A DNA stretch of 64,000 nt from Candidatus Tepidifontimicrobium thermophilum. GTDB taxonomy: Bacteria > Sysuimicrobiota > Sysuimicrobiia > Sysuimicrobiales > Sysuimicrobiaceae. The stretch covers positions 99,259-163,258 of the forward strand of contig JAVKHO010000005.1 in NCBI GenBank assembly GCA_031459915.1. The letters run 5' to 3'. Shown here piece after piece: positions 16,476-26,912 of this stretch; the stretch's first letter is position 1, and each line of letters starts with the position of its first letter. A program made the translations under genes and the position numbers. The notes under the pieces are model-generated. The model did not search any database, was not told the DNA's origin, and saw only the letters and a program-made list of their open reading frames with translations.

Positions 16476-17245
16476 GGATCCTGTTCGTAGGAGACGTGCA
16501 CGGCCGGCCGGGGCGCCGGGCGGTGGCGCGGCGCGTACCCGCCCTGCGCCGCGAGTGGCAGGTGGACTTCGTGGTGGCCAACGCGGAGAACAGCGCGGGC
16601 GGGGTGGGCCTCACGCCCCAGACCGCTGCAGAGCTGTTCGAGGCGGGGGTGGACGCCCTGACGGGCGGCAACCACACCTGGGCCAAGCGGGAGGCGTACG
16701 AACTGCTGGACGCCGACCCGCGGTTGGTCCGACCGGCCAACTACCCTCCTGGGGTGCCCGGGCACGGCAGCACGGTCCTGCGGCGCGGCGGCCTCGCCCT
16801 CGCGGTGCTGAACCTCCAGGGTCGGGTTTTCATGGACCCCTTAGACGACCCCTTCCGGGTGGCCCGGGCGGAGGTGGACCGCCTGCGGAAGGAGACGCCC
16901 TTCATCCTCGTGGACTTCCACGCGGAGGCCACCTCGGAGAAGATCGCCATGGGCTACTACCTGGACGGCCGGGTGACTGCCGTGGTGGGCACCCACACCC
17001 ACGTGCAGACCGCGGACGAGCGCGTGCTCCCGGGCGGGACCGCGTACATCACCGACGTGGGCATGACCGGGCCCCGGGACGGGGTCATCGGGGTGGACCG
17101 AGAGGCCATCCTGCAGCGGTTTCTGACCCAGCTGCCCATCCGGTTCGAGGTGGCCACGGGTCCGGTGCAGTTCAGCGCGGTGCTGGTGGAGGCGGACAGC
17201 TCCGGACGGGCCACCGCCATCCGCCGGATCCACGAGGTGGACTGA
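16472..17245 (+). CDS. ymdB: TIGR00282/YmdB metallophosphoesterase
   Basis: ILFVGDVHG, NAEN, GNH, DFHAEATSEK, GTHTHVQTAD, TDVGMTGP. Confidence 0.95.
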   Translation: MRILFVGDVHGRPGRRAVARRVPALRREWQVDFVVANAENSAGGVGLTPQTAAELFEAGVDALTGGNHTWAKREAYELLDADPRLVRPANYPPGVPGHGSTVLRRGGLALAVLNLQGRVFMDPLDDPFRVARAEVDRLRKETPFILVDFHAEATSEKIAMGYYLDGRVTAVVGTHTHVQTADERVLPGGTAYITDVGMTGPRDGVIGVDREAILQRFLTQLPIRFEVATGPVQFSAVLVEADSSGRATAIRRIHEVD

Positions 17246-17268
17246 GCCCAGAGGTCGGGGAGGAACCG

Positions 17269-18093
17269 GTGCGGGCAGACCTGCACACCCACACGAGGGC
17301 GTCGGACGGCACCCTCTCGCCGCGGGAGCTGGTCCGGGAGGCCAGGGCGGTGGGCCTCCAGGTGCTCGCGGTGACCGACCACGACACCGTGGACGGGATC
17401 GCGGAGGCGGTGGACGAAGCGGAGCGCCTGGGCATCGAGCTGGTGCCGGGGGTGGAGCTGAGCACGGACGTCCCCGGCAGCGAGGTCCACATCCTCGGCT
17501 ACTTCGTGGACTGGCGGAGCGAGCCGTTCGGGACGTTCCTCCAGCGCCTGCGGGACGGCCGGCTGGCGCGGGCGCACGAGATGGTGCGGCGCCTGAACCA
17601 GCTGGGAGTCCCCCTGACGTTCGAGGAGGTGGTGCAGCAGGCGGACGGTGCGGTGGGCCGGCCGCACGTAGCCCGGGCCCTGGTGGCCGCGGGCTACGTG
17701 GCCACCTTCGAGGAAGCCTTCAGCCGCTACCTGGCCCGGGGCAGGCCTGCCTACGTGGAGCGGGAGCGCTTCACGCCCGAGGAGGCGGTGGAGGCAATCC
17801 TCCGGGCGGGCGGGGTCCCCGTGTTCGCCCACCCGCTCTGGGGCGGGGAGCGGGATCGGGTGGCGGGGCTGGCAGACCGAGGCCTTGTGGGGATCGAGGC
17901 CTACTACCCGGAACACTCGCCGCAGGACGTGCAGCGGTTCCTGCAGTGGGCGGAGGAGTTCGGCTTGGTCGCCACAGGGGGCAGCGACTACCATGGACCG
18001 GGGCCCGCGAGCCGCGCCCCCCTGGGTAGCGTGTACGTCCCTCCGGGTGCGGTGGATGCCCTGCGGGCGGCCCGGGAGCGGGCGCACCGGTAG
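17269..18093 (+). CDS. PHP-domain phosphoesterase (YciV/TrpH-like)
   Basis: DLHTHTRASDG, AVTDHD, GVELS, VHILGY, GRPHVA, AHP, GGSDYHG. Confidence 0.9.
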   Translation: MRADLHTHTRASDGTLSPRELVREARAVGLQVLAVTDHDTVDGIAEAVDEAERLGIELVPGVELSTDVPGSEVHILGYFVDWRSEPFGTFLQRLRDGRLARAHEMVRRLNQLGVPLTFEEVVQQADGAVGRPHVARALVAAGYVATFEEAFSRYLARGRPAYVERERFTPEEAVEAILRAGGVPVFAHPLWGGERDRVAGLADRGLVGIEAYYPEHSPQDVQRFLQWAEEFGLVATGGSDYHGPGPASRAPLGSVYVPPGAVDALRAARERAHR

Positions 18094-18137
18094 GGGCAGG
18101 GCCGGGAACGGGGCCAGCAACTGGCGGGAGGCGTGCC

Positions 18138-18359
18138 ATGCGGTGTCCGAGGTGCGGGGCGGAAAACCCGGAGCGGAAGATCGTCTGCCGCAAGTGCGGG
18201 GCGCGGCTGCGGCCGACGGCGCCGGCCTCCTCGCCCGTCACGCAGGAGACGGAGGCCGAGCTCATGTGGCGCCTCCGCTGGGACCTGCTGCGGGTGGGGG
18301 TCACGTTCGCCCTGTCCGCGGCGGTGGCGGTGGCTCTGGGGCTTTTCGTCCTGCGGTGA
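18138..18359 (+). CDS. Small zinc-ribbon protein with C-terminal TM helix
   Basis: CPRC..N......CRKCG; hydrophobic C-terminus; SD GGAGG. Confidence 0.7.
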   Translation: MRCPRCGAENPERKIVCRKCGARLRPTAPASSPVTQETEAELMWRLRWDLLRVGVTFALSAAVAVALGLFVLR

Positions 18360-18375
18360 CGTATAATCCAGGGGA

Positions 18376-18620
18376 AGGCGACGCGGGGGAGGAGTAGCCG
18401 CACGGCCGGCGCAGCGAGGGCCCGGCGGTGTGAACGGCCCGCCGGTCCGACGGTGAACGTCGCCCCCAAGCCGCGGGAGGAACCGGAGTAGAACCCGCCG
18501 GGTGGCGCCCGTGACCGCGCCCCGAGGGCCGGGCTGCCGGCCGAGCCGTCGGCGGGCCCGGAAGGAAGGTGGTACCGCGGAGCGCCGCTCCGTCCTTTCG
18601 GACGGGCGGCGCTTTCCCGT
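18376..18620 (+). ncRNA. T-box riboswitch (Val specifier) upstream of valS
   Basis: TATAAT 18362-18367; AGTA and GGTGTGAA stem I motifs; specifier GTC 18459-18461; T-box AAGGTGGTACCGCG 18566-18579; terminator hairpin 18581-18613. Confidence 0.9.
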
Positions 18621-18637
18621 TGGGAGGTGTGTGCTCG

Positions 18638-21280
18638 ATGGAGGAGCTGCCGAAGGCGTACGACCCCTCGCAGGTCGAGGCACGGCTGTACCGCGCGTGG
18701 GTCGAGCGGGGCTACTTCCGCGCCCTGCCGGACCCACAGCGCGCCCCGTGGGCGGTGATGATGCCGCTCCCGAACGTCACCGGGGAGCTGCACATCGGCC
18801 ACGCCCTCAACAACACCCTGCAGGACGTGCAGACCCGCTTCTGGCGCATGCGGGGCCGCAACGCCCTGTACCAGCCCGGCACCGACCACGCGGGGATCGC
18901 CACGCAGAACGTGGTGGAGCGGGAGCTGGCCCGGGAGGGGCTGCGCCGGGAGGACCTGGGCCGGGAGGGGTTCGAGCAGCGGGTGTGGCGGTGGGTGGAG
19001 AAGTACGGCCAGATCATCTACACGCAGCTGGAGCGGCTGGGCATCTCGTGCGACTGGGACCGAAAGATCTTCACCCTGGACCCCGACTACTACGACGCGG
19101 TCCTGGAGGCCTTCGTGCGCCTGTACCAGCGCGGGCGCATCTACCGGAGCCGCGACTACATGGTGAACTGGTGCCCCCGGTGCGCCACCGCCATCTCGGA
19201 CCTGGAGGTGGTGCACGAGGAGGTCAGCAGCTTCCTGTGGTACGTGCGGTACCCCGGCGCAGACGGCTCGGAGGGGATCGTCATCGCCACGCAGAGGCCG
19301 GAGACCATCCTGGCCGACGTGGCGGTGGCGGTGCACCCGGAGGACCCAAGGTACCGGCACCTGGTGGGCCGGCGGGTAGTGGTCCCCCTGGTGGACCGCG
19401 TGGTGCCCGTGGTGGCGGACCCGCGCGTGGATCCGGAGTTCGGGACCGGCGCGGTGAAGATCACGCCCGGCCACGATCCCCTGGACTACGAGATCGGCAA
19501 AGACCACGGCCTCCCGGCCCTCGTGGTGATCGGGGAGGACGGCCGGATGAACCAGGAGGCGGGCCGGTTCGCCGGGCTGGACCGGTTCGAGGCGCGGGAA
19601 CAGGTGGCCCGGGCCCTGGAGGAGGCAGGGCTGGTGGTGCGGCGGGAGCCGTACCGGACGCGGGTGGGCCGGTGCGACCGCTGCCACACCGTGATCGAGC
19701 CCGCCCTCAGCGAGCAGTGGTTCTGCGACGTGCGGGAGATGGCGCAGCGCGCCGCGGACGCCATCCGCAGCGGCCGCGTGCGGTTCTTCCCCGAGCGGTG
19801 GGCGCGGGTGGCGGTGGACTGGCTGGACAACATCCGGCCGTGGTGCATCTCGCGGCAGCTGTGGTGGGGCCACCGCATCCCCGTGTGGTGGTGCGAGGCG
19901 TGTAACCACCCCGTGGCGTCCAAGTCGGCCCCGCAGGACCGTTGTCCGGCCTGCGGCGGCCGCGCGTGGCGTCAGGACCCGGACGTGCTGGACACGTGGT
20001 TCAGCAGCGCCCTGTGGCCCTTCGCCACCCTGGGCTGGCCGCGGGACACCGAGGACCTGAGGTACTTCTACCCCACCAGCGTGCTGATCACCGACCGGGG
20101 GATCATCTTCCTTTGGGTGTGCCGGATGATCATGTTCGGCCTGGAGTTCATGGGGGAGGTCCCCTTCCACCACGTGTACATCAACCCCACGGTGATGGAC
20201 CTGCAGGGGCGGCGCATGAGCAAGTCCCTGGGCACCGGGGTGGACCCCCTGCAGGCCATCCAGCGGTACGGCGCAGACGCCCTGCGGTTCGGGCTTGTGT
20301 CGCGGTGCTCCCAGGCGCAGCAGGACCTGCGGTTCGACGAGAAGATGGTGGCGGACACCCGCAACTTCGCCAACAAGATCTGGAACGCCACCCGCTACGT
20401 CCTCCGCAGCCTGGACGACTGGGACCCGCGCGGGGCTGACCCTGCAGCCCTGCGGGGACGTACCCCGGACCGGTGGATCACCAGCCGCCTGCAGCGGACC
20501 GTGCAGGCGGTGACGGCCGCGTACGAGGAGTACGAGTTCGACCGGGCGGCCCGGACCCTGTACCACTTCCTGTGGAGCGAGTTCTGCGACTGGTACCTGG
20601 AGATCAGCAAGGTGCTGCTGCAGGACCCCCGGGCGCAGGACGCCACCCGCCACACCCTGTGGCGGACGCTGGAGGCTAGCCTGCGGCTGCTGCACCCCAT
20701 CATGCCCTTCGTCACCGAGGCGGCCTGGCAGGCCCTCCCCCATGAGGGTGCCAGCATCATGGTGGCTCCCTGGCCGCAGCCAGACCTCACCCGCTTGGAC
20801 CCTGACGCGGAGGCGGAGATGGAGCTGGTCCAGCAGGTGGTGCGGGAGGTGCGCAGCCTGCGGGCGGACCTGCGCACTCCGCCGCAGGAGCGGGTGGAGG
20901 TACGGCTGGTGGCGGGGTCGGCGCAGGGTTCGCTGGAAAGCCACCACGCCCTGCTGGAGTTCCTGGGCCGGGCCCGCGTGCAGTTCGTGGACGAGACGCA
21001 GCGGCCGGTCCCTGCCGCGGGCGGCGTGGTGGGGCCAGTAGAGGTGTGGGTGCCCCTGGACCGTGCGCAGGCCGACCGGCTGGCCCAGCGGGCCCGCGAG
21101 GAGCTCGAGGAGGTGCAGCGGGAGATCGAGCGGGTGCGGTCGCGGCTGGGAAACCCCGACTTCCTCCGACGGGCGCCCGCGGAGGTGGTGGAGGCCGAGC
21201 GGGAGCGGTTGAGCCAGGCGCAGGCCCGGCGCGACAAGCTCGCGCGGTACCTGGTCTCCGACCCCACCCAGCGGAGCTGA
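18638..21280 (+). CDS. valS: Valine--tRNA ligase
   Basis: PNVTGELHIGH, GTDHAGIATQ, WCISRQLWWGHRIP, RMSKS; C-terminal coiled coil. Confidence 0.98.
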   Translation: MEELPKAYDPSQVEARLYRAWVERGYFRALPDPQRAPWAVMMPLPNVTGELHIGHALNNTLQDVQTRFWRMRGRNALYQPGTDHAGIATQNVVERELAREGLRREDLGREGFEQRVWRWVEKYGQIIYTQLERLGISCDWDRKIFTLDPDYYDAVLEAFVRLYQRGRIYRSRDYMVNWCPRCATAISDLEVVHEEVSSFLWYVRYPGADGSEGIVIATQRPETILADVAVAVHPEDPRYRHLVGRRVVVPLVDRVVPVVADPRVDPEFGTGAVKITPGHDPLDYEIGKDHGLPALVVIGEDGRMNQEAGRFAGLDRFEAREQVARALEEAGLVVRREPYRTRVGRCDRCHTVIEPALSEQWFCDVREMAQRAADAIRSGRVRFFPERWARVAVDWLDNIRPWCISRQLWWGHRIPVWWCEACNHPVASKSAPQDRCPACGGRAWRQDPDVLDTWFSSALWPFATLGWPRDTEDLRYFYPTSVLITDRGIIFLWVCRMIMFGLEFMGEVPFHHVYINPTVMDLQGRRMSKSLGTGVDPLQAIQRYGADALRFGLVSRCSQAQQDLRFDEKMVADTRNFANKIWNATRYVLRSLDDWDPRGADPAALRGRTPDRWITSRLQRTVQAVTAAYEEYEFDRAARTLYHFLWSEFCDWYLEISKVLLQDPRAQDATRHTLWRTLEASLRLLHPIMPFVTEAAWQALPHEGASIMVAPWPQPDLTRLDPDAEAEMELVQQVVREVRSLRADLRTPPQERVEVRLVAGSAQGSLESHHALLEFLGRARVQFVDETQRPVPAAGGVVGPVEVWVPLDRAQADRLAQRAREELEEVQREIERVRSRLGNPDFLRRAPAEVVEAERERLSQAQARRDKLARYLVSDPTQRS

Positions 21281-21344
21281 CGTCCCAGGGATCCCCGCCG
21301 CGGGCGCCGAACTCCCTGAGGAGATCGACCAGCGGGAGGCGAGG

Positions 21345-22118
21345 ATGGAGTTCCAGAACATCCTGACGCAGGTGGACGGCCACGTCGCCACCGTCCGGCT
21401 GAACCGGCCCCAGGTCCTCAACGCCCTCAACGGCCAGACCCTGGACGAGCTGTGCGCGGCCCTGGACGCCTTCGAACTAGACCCGGAAGTACGGGTGGTG
21501 GTGCTCACCGGGGACGAGCGGGCGTTCGCCGCGGGTGCCGACATCCGGGAGTTCGAGGGGGTGACCCCTGTGGGGATGCTGGAGGGGCCGCGGGGCAAGC
21601 GGTGGGAACGGATCCGGGCCTTCCCCAAGCCCCTCATCGCGGCGGTGAGCGGTTACTGTCTGGGTGGCGGGTGTGAGCTCGCCATGGCCTGCGACCTCAT
21701 CGTGGCGTCGGAGACCGCACGGTTCGGCCAGCCGGAGATCAACCTGGGGATCCTGCCGGGTGCCGGCGGCACCCAGCGGCTGCCGCGCGCGGTGGGCAAG
21801 CACCGGGCCATGGAGATGATCCTCACCGGGCGTCACATCACCGCACAGCAGGCGTACGAGTGGGGCCTGGTGAACCGGGTGGTGCCCCCGGAGGCCCTGA
21901 TGGACGAGGTTTACGCCCTGGCGCGGGAGATCGCCAGCAAGGCGCCCGTGGCAGCCCGCTTGGCCAAAGCCGCGGTGCTGCGGTCCCTGGACACCCCACT
22001 GGAGGTGGGCTTGGACTACGAACGCCGCCTGTTCGCCCTGGCCTTCGGCACCGAGGACAAGGAGGAGGGCGTGCGGGCGTTTCTGGAGAAGCGCAAGCCG
22101 GTCTTCCAGGGCAGGTAG
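21345..22118 (+). CDS. Enoyl-CoA hydratase (PaaF-like)
   Basis: [34 protein letters not shown]. Confidence 0.9.
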   Translation: MEFQNILTQVDGHVATVRLNRPQVLNALNGQTLDELCAALDAFELDPEVRVVVLTGDERAFAAGADIREFEGVTPVGMLEGPRGKRWERIRAFPKPLIAAVSGYCLGGGCELAMACDLIVASETARFGQPEINLGILPGAGGTQRLPRAVGKHRAMEMILTGRHITAQQAYEWGLVNRVVPPEALMDEVYALAREIASKAPVAARLAKAAVLRSLDTPLEVGLDYERRLFALAFGTEDKEEGVRAFLEKRKPVFQGR

Positions 22119-22133
22119 GCGAGGAGGGACGCG

Positions 22134-22913
22134 GTGGGCTACCAGACGCTCCTGTGGGAACTGTCGGACGGCGTGCTGACGGTGACGCTGAACCGGCCGG
22201 AGGTGCTGAACGCGGTCAACGACCGGATGGCGGAGGAGCTGCTGGACGCCCTGCGGCGGGCCGCTCGGGAGGCGGAGGTGCGGAGCGTGATCCTGACGGG
22301 CGCGGGCCGCGCCTTCTGTTCCGGGCAGGACCTGCGGGAACGCGCCGCAGGGGACTTCTCGTACGCGCAGCACATCCGCACCCGGTACGCGCCGGTGATC
22401 CTGCAGCTGCAGAGCCTGGAAAAGCCCGTGGTGGCCGCGGTGAACGGGGTGGCGGCTGGGGCGGGTGCGAGCCTCGCGCTGGCGTGTGACCTGCGGGTGG
22501 CCTCCGAGGACAGCAGCTTCCTGCAGGCGTTCACCCGCATCGGGCTGGTGCCGGACTCGGGGGCCACGTACTTCCTCCCGCGCCTGGTGGGCCTGGGGAA
22601 GGCCTTCGAGCTCTGCTACCTGGCGGAGGCGGTCCCCGCACAGGAGGCGTGGCGGCTGGGCCTGGTGAACTGGGTGGTCCCCGCCGGGGAGCTCATGGGC
22701 AAGGCCCGGGAGGTGGCTGCCCGTCTGGCTTCCGGCCCCACGCGGGCGTACGGCCTCACCAAGCGCGCGCTCCTGCGCAACCTGAGAGCCGACCTCCAAA
22801 GCGCCCTGGACTACGAGGCCATGCTGCAGGACGCCGCCGGCCGCACGGAGGACCACCGGGAGGGGGTGCAGGCCTTCCTAGAGAAACGGCCGCCCCGCTA
22901 CGTGGGTCGGTAG
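22134..22913 (+). CDS. Enoyl-CoA hydratase/isomerase (PaaG-like)
   Basis: [34 protein letters not shown]. Confidence 0.85.
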   Translation: MGYQTLLWELSDGVLTVTLNRPEVLNAVNDRMAEELLDALRRAAREAEVRSVILTGAGRAFCSGQDLRERAAGDFSYAQHIRTRYAPVILQLQSLEKPVVAAVNGVAAGAGASLALACDLRVASEDSSFLQAFTRIGLVPDSGATYFLPRLVGLGKAFELCYLAEAVPAQEAWRLGLVNWVVPAGELMGKAREVAARLASGPTRAYGLTKRALLRNLRADLQSALDYEAMLQDAAGRTEDHREGVQAFLEKRPPRYVGR

Positions 22914-22929
22914 CCGTCGGGAGGACAGG

Positions 22930-24132
22930 GTGCGCGACGTGGTGGTCGTGGACGCGGTGCGGACCCCCATCGGGCGGTACGGGGGAGTGCTGCGCGACGT
23001 GCGGCCCGACGACCTGGCGGCGTTGGTGATCGCGGCCCTGGTCCGGCGGACGGGGATCGACCCCGCCTGCGTGGAGGACGTGGTGTTCGGCTGCGCCAAC
23101 CAGGCGGGGGAGGACAACCGCAACGTCGCCCGCATGGCGGCCCTTTTGGCCGGGCTGCCCGTGGAGGTCCCCGGGCAGACGGTGAACCGGCTGTGCGGGT
23201 CCGGGCTGCAGGCGGCGGTGAGCGCGTACCACGCCATCCGCTGCGGGGACGGCGACGTGATGATCGCGGGCGGCGTGGAGAGCATGACCCGGGCGCCCTT
23301 CGTGGTGGCGAAGGCTGCCGAACCCTGGAGTCGGAAGCTGGAGGTCTACGACACCACCATCGGCTGGAGGTTCACCAACCCCAAACTGGCGGAGAAGTAC
23401 CCACCGTACTCCATGGGGGAGACCGCGGAGAACGTGGCCGAGCGGTACGGCATCACCCGGGAGGAGCAGGACCGGTACGCCCTGATGAGCCAGCAGCGGG
23501 CGGCGCGGGCCGTGCAGGAGGGCCGCTTCCGGGACGAGATCGTACCCGTGGTCATCCCGCAGCCGTCCGGGGAGCCCGTGGTGGTGGACCGGGACGAACA
23601 CCCGCGGCCGGACACGACCCTCGAGGCGCTTTCGAAGCTGCGGCCTGCCTTCCGGAAGGGCGGGACGGTGACCGCGGGGAACAGCTCCGGCATCAACGAC
23701 GGCGCCGCGGCCCTGTTGCTGGCGGAGGCCAGCACCGCCCGCCAGCTGGGCCTGCGCCCCATGGCCCGCATCGTGGCCACCGCGGTGGCCGGCGTGGATC
23801 CCGCGGTGATGGGGATCGGGCCGGTGCCCGCGGTCCGCAAGGCCCTGGCGAGGGCGGGCCTGCGTGTGGAGGACGTGGACCTGGTGGAGCTGAACGAGGC
23901 TTTCGCCAGCCAGGTCCTGGCGTGCGTGCGGGAGCTGGGGTTGGACCTGGAGCGGGTGAACGTGAACGGCGGCGCCATCGCCCTCGGTCACCCGCTCGGG
24001 GCTTCCGGTGCCCGCATCCTGGGCCACCTGGTGTGGGAGATGCGGCGCCGGGAAGCTCGCTACGGCTTGGCCACCATGTGCATCGGAGTCGGCCAGGGCA
24101 TCGCGGTGGTGGTGGAGCGGGTGCCGACCTAA
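22930..24132 (+). CDS. Thiolase (PaaJ/PcaF-like acetyl-CoA C-acyltransferase)
   Basis: [43 protein letters not shown]. Confidence 0.92.
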   Translation: MRDVVVVDAVRTPIGRYGGVLRDVRPDDLAALVIAALVRRTGIDPACVEDVVFGCANQAGEDNRNVARMAALLAGLPVEVPGQTVNRLCGSGLQAAVSAYHAIRCGDGDVMIAGGVESMTRAPFVVAKAAEPWSRKLEVYDTTIGWRFTNPKLAEKYPPYSMGETAENVAERYGITREEQDRYALMSQQRAARAVQEGRFRDEIVPVVIPQPSGEPVVVDRDEHPRPDTTLEALSKLRPAFRKGGTVTAGNSSGINDGAAALLLAEASTARQLGLRPMARIVATAVAGVDPAVMGIGPVPAVRKALARAGLRVEDVDLVELNEAFASQVLACVRELGLDLERVNVNGGAIALGHPLGASGARILGHLVWEMRRREARYGLATMCIGVGQGIAVVVERVPT

Positions 24133-24213
24133 GCCGGCGGTCGCGTAGCGCCCCTCGACCTGGTCTATACTGGGACGGGTCCGAAAACACGAAGTGAGGC
24201 AGGGAGTCGACCG

Positions 24214-25563
24214 TTGCGTTCCCACACGCTTCGCGTCCTGATTCTAGTTGCCCTCGCGGTGGCGTCGTTCCAGGTGGTGTTCCAGCCCGTGCGCCTGGAC
24301 GGGTGGCGGCCCGCCTGGCAACCGCCGCAGCCGCGCCTGCGGCTCGGGCTGGACCTCCAGGGTGGCACCCGCATCGTCCTCGAGGCGGAACGGCGCCCCG
24401 GCGTGGAGGTCACCGCGGACAAGGTGGACGCGGCTATGCGGGTCATTGAGAACCGCATCGACGCTCTGGGCGTAGCGGAGCCGCTGCTCCAGCGGCAGGG
24501 ACAGGACCGCATCATCGTGGAGTTCCCGGGACTGCAGGACCCGCAGCGGGCGAAGGAGCTGATCGGCCGCACGGCGCTGCTGGAGTTCGTGGACACCGAC
24601 CACCAGAGCCTGCCCCGGGGCGCGGAGTGGCTGCCGGACAACCGGCGCGTGCGCCTCCCGGACGGACAGGTGGTGTCCCTCCCCAAGAAGGTGGTGGTCA
24701 CCGGCGCGGACCTGCGGGACGCCCGCGCGGAGTTCGACCAGCAGTCCCTGCAGTGGCTGGTGCGGTTCCGGTTCGCGGGAGAAGGGGCCAGGAAGTTCGA
24801 AGACCACACGGGCCGCAGCATCGGCGAGTACCTGACCATCGTGCTGGACAACCGGGTGCTGTCCAGCCCGGTGATCCGGGCCCGCATCCCGGGGGAGGGT
24901 GTGATCGAGGGCAGCTTCACCGCGGACGAGGCGCGGGACCTGGCCATCCTGCTACGGGGTGGTGCGCTGCCCGTGCCCGTGCGGCCGGTGGAGGAGCGCA
25001 CCGTGGGCCCCACCCTGGGGCGGGACTCCATCGACCGCAGCCTGCGGGCGGGGTGGATCGCCGCGGTGGCGGTGGTCCTGTTCGTGACCGCCTACTACCG
25101 GCTGCCGGGCTTCCTCGCTTCGGTGTCCCTGTCCGTCTACGCGCTCCTGGTGCTGGCCCTCTTCGCGGGCCTGGGGGCTACCTTGACCCTCCCGGGCCTC
25201 GCGGGTCTGATCCTCAGCCTGGGGATCGCGGTGGACGGGAACGTGATCATCTTCGAGAAGCTGAAGGAGGAGCTCCGGGCGGGCAAGACCCTCCGGGCCG
25301 CCATCGCCGCGGGGTGGCGGCGCGGCCTCGTGACCATCCTGGACTCCAACGTGACCACCCTGGTGGGTGCCGCGGTGCTGCTGTGGCTGGGCACCGGCCC
25401 CATCCGGGGCTTCGCGGTCACCCTGACCCTGGGCGTGCTGGCCTCCATGTTCACCGCCATCGTGGCCACCCGGTGGCTGGTGGAGCTGTGCGCGGACCTG
25501 GGGCTCGCTCACAACCTGGCGCGGGTGGCGGACCTGCCGCGCCGGCCGGAGGTGGCGGCGTGA
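24214..25563 (+). CDS. secD: Protein translocase subunit SecD
   Basis: LGLDLQGG, NRIDALGVAEP, GALPVP, VGPTLG, AVDGNVIIFE, ILDSNVTT. Confidence 0.95.
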   Translation: MRSHTLRVLILVALAVASFQVVFQPVRLDGWRPAWQPPQPRLRLGLDLQGGTRIVLEAERRPGVEVTADKVDAAMRVIENRIDALGVAEPLLQRQGQDRIIVEFPGLQDPQRAKELIGRTALLEFVDTDHQSLPRGAEWLPDNRRVRLPDGQVVSLPKKVVVTGADLRDARAEFDQQSLQWLVRFRFAGEGARKFEDHTGRSIGEYLTIVLDNRVLSSPVIRARIPGEGVIEGSFTADEARDLAILLRGGALPVPVRPVEERTVGPTLGRDSIDRSLRAGWIAAVAVVLFVTAYYRLPGFLASVSLSVYALLVLALFAGLGATLTLPGLAGLILSLGIAVDGNVIIFEKLKEELRAGKTLRAAIAAGWRRGLVTILDSNVTTLVGAAVLLWLGTGPIRGFAVTLTLGVLASMFTAIVATRWLVELCADLGLAHNLARVADLPRRPEVAA

Positions 25564-26516
25564 AGGCCTGGGACCTCATGGGCAACCGCCGGTGGCTGTA
25601 CCTGCTGTCCGCCGGGATCGTGCTGGCCAGCGTGGTGGCGATGGCGATCCAGCCCGCCCTGGGCCGCCCGGTGCTGAACTGGGGTGTGGACTTCACCGGC
25701 GGTACCCTGATCACCCTGCGCTTCCAGGACCGGACGGTGTCCACCGGCCAGGTCCGCGCGGCCCTGCAGCCCCTCGGGCTCGGGGAGGCGATCATCCAGA
25801 AGGTCCACGAGACGGGGGACGTGTCCGTCCGCACGCGCCACCTGGAGCCTGAGGAGCGTCGGAGGCTGGAGCAGGCGGTGCGGGAGCGCGTGGGGCCCTT
25901 CACGGTGCTGAGCGTGGACGACGTGGGCCCCAAGATCGGACGGGAGCTGCGGAACGTGGCCATTCTGGGGGTGGCGGTAGGGCTGGCGCTGCAGGTGGTG
26001 TACGTCTCCCTGAGGTTCCGGTCCGTGCGGTTCGCCCTAGCCGCGGACGTCGCCCTGCTGCACGACCTGCTGCTGGTCCTCGGGGTGTTCGCCCTGACCC
26101 GGGCGACCGTGGACAGCAGCTTCGTGGCGGTCCTGCTGACGGTGGTGGGCTACTCCATCAACGATACCATCGTGGTGTTCGACCGGGTCCGGGAGAATTT
26201 GCAGTTGCGGACGCGGGAGCCGTTCCTGCAGCTGGTGAACCGCAGCGTCCTGGAGGCCCTGGTCCGTTCCATCAACACGGGGCTGACGACCCTGCTGGCC
26301 ATCGGCAGCGTGTACCTGTTCGGAGGCCCCACGGTCCGGGACTTCGCCCTGGGCCTCACGGTGGCAGTGCTCACCGGCGGGTGGTCCTCCGTGGGCGTGG
26401 CAAGCCCCCTGCTGGTGGACATGACCCTGTGGGCCGAGCGCAGGGCCGGCCAGGCCGCTGTCCAGCCCACGGCTCAGCCCGCGCGGGCGGCGGCGAGCCG
26501 GCGGGGCCGCGCCTAG
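25560..26516 (+). CDS. secF: Protein translocase subunit SecF
   Basis: NWGVDFTGG, VGPKIG, LLHD, GYSINDTIVVFDRVRE; GTG overlaps the secD stop. Confidence 0.95.
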   Translation: MKAWDLMGNRRWLYLLSAGIVLASVVAMAIQPALGRPVLNWGVDFTGGTLITLRFQDRTVSTGQVRAALQPLGLGEAIIQKVHETGDVSVRTRHLEPEERRRLEQAVRERVGPFTVLSVDDVGPKIGRELRNVAILGVAVGLALQVVYVSLRFRSVRFALAADVALLHDLLLVLGVFALTRATVDSSFVAVLLTVVGYSINDTIVVFDRVRENLQLRTREPFLQLVNRSVLEALVRSINTGLTTLLAIGSVYLFGGPTVRDFALGLTVAVLTGGWSSVGVASPLLVDMTLWAERRAGQAAVQPTAQPARAAASRRGRA

Positions 26517-26600
26517 ACCCCACGCGCCGCCATCGGGAGGGGGTGCCGGCGCGGCCGGCGGGCGTCTGTTCGACCCTCGTGGTAGACTGCGGGCAGAGCC

Positions 26601-26912
26601 ATGCGCCTTCTGGCCGGGGTGGTGTTCGTGCTGGCGGTGCTGTCCGTGGTGTTGGTTCTCAGCAACGCGGGCGCCTCGGACCGCTACCCCCTCCGTCTGG
26701 CAGCCTGGACGGTCCTGCACGACACCCTGCCCGCCTTGCTGGTTGCGGTCCTGTTTGCAGGCGCTGCCATCGCGGGCCTGCCCCTGGGCGTAGCGAACTG
26801 GTGGCTGCGTAGACGCGTGGCCGGCCTGGAACGCGAGCTGCGGGCGGTCCGCCAGGCGAGGGCTGACGCCGCGGCTGAACGGCCGGGCTCCGGGGAGGGC
26901 ATGCCCAAGTGA
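26601..26912 (+). CDS. LapA/DUF1049-like small membrane protein
   Basis: Two TM helices with Asn after TM1, then a coiled-coil tail. Confidence 0.6.
   Translation: MRLLAGVVFVLAVLSVVLVLSNAGASDRYPLRLAAWTVLHDTLPALLVAVLFAGAAIAGLPLGVANWWLRRRVAGLERELRAVRQARADAAAERPGSGEGMPK

Noticed and set aside
17771..21637. 1288-aa minus-strand ORF and other long antisense or alternate-frame ORFs (e.g. 8684-10876, 30076-33009, 58897-61776)
   Set aside because: Shadow ORFs of GC-rich genes; low-complexity R/G/P/A composition and no recognisable motifs
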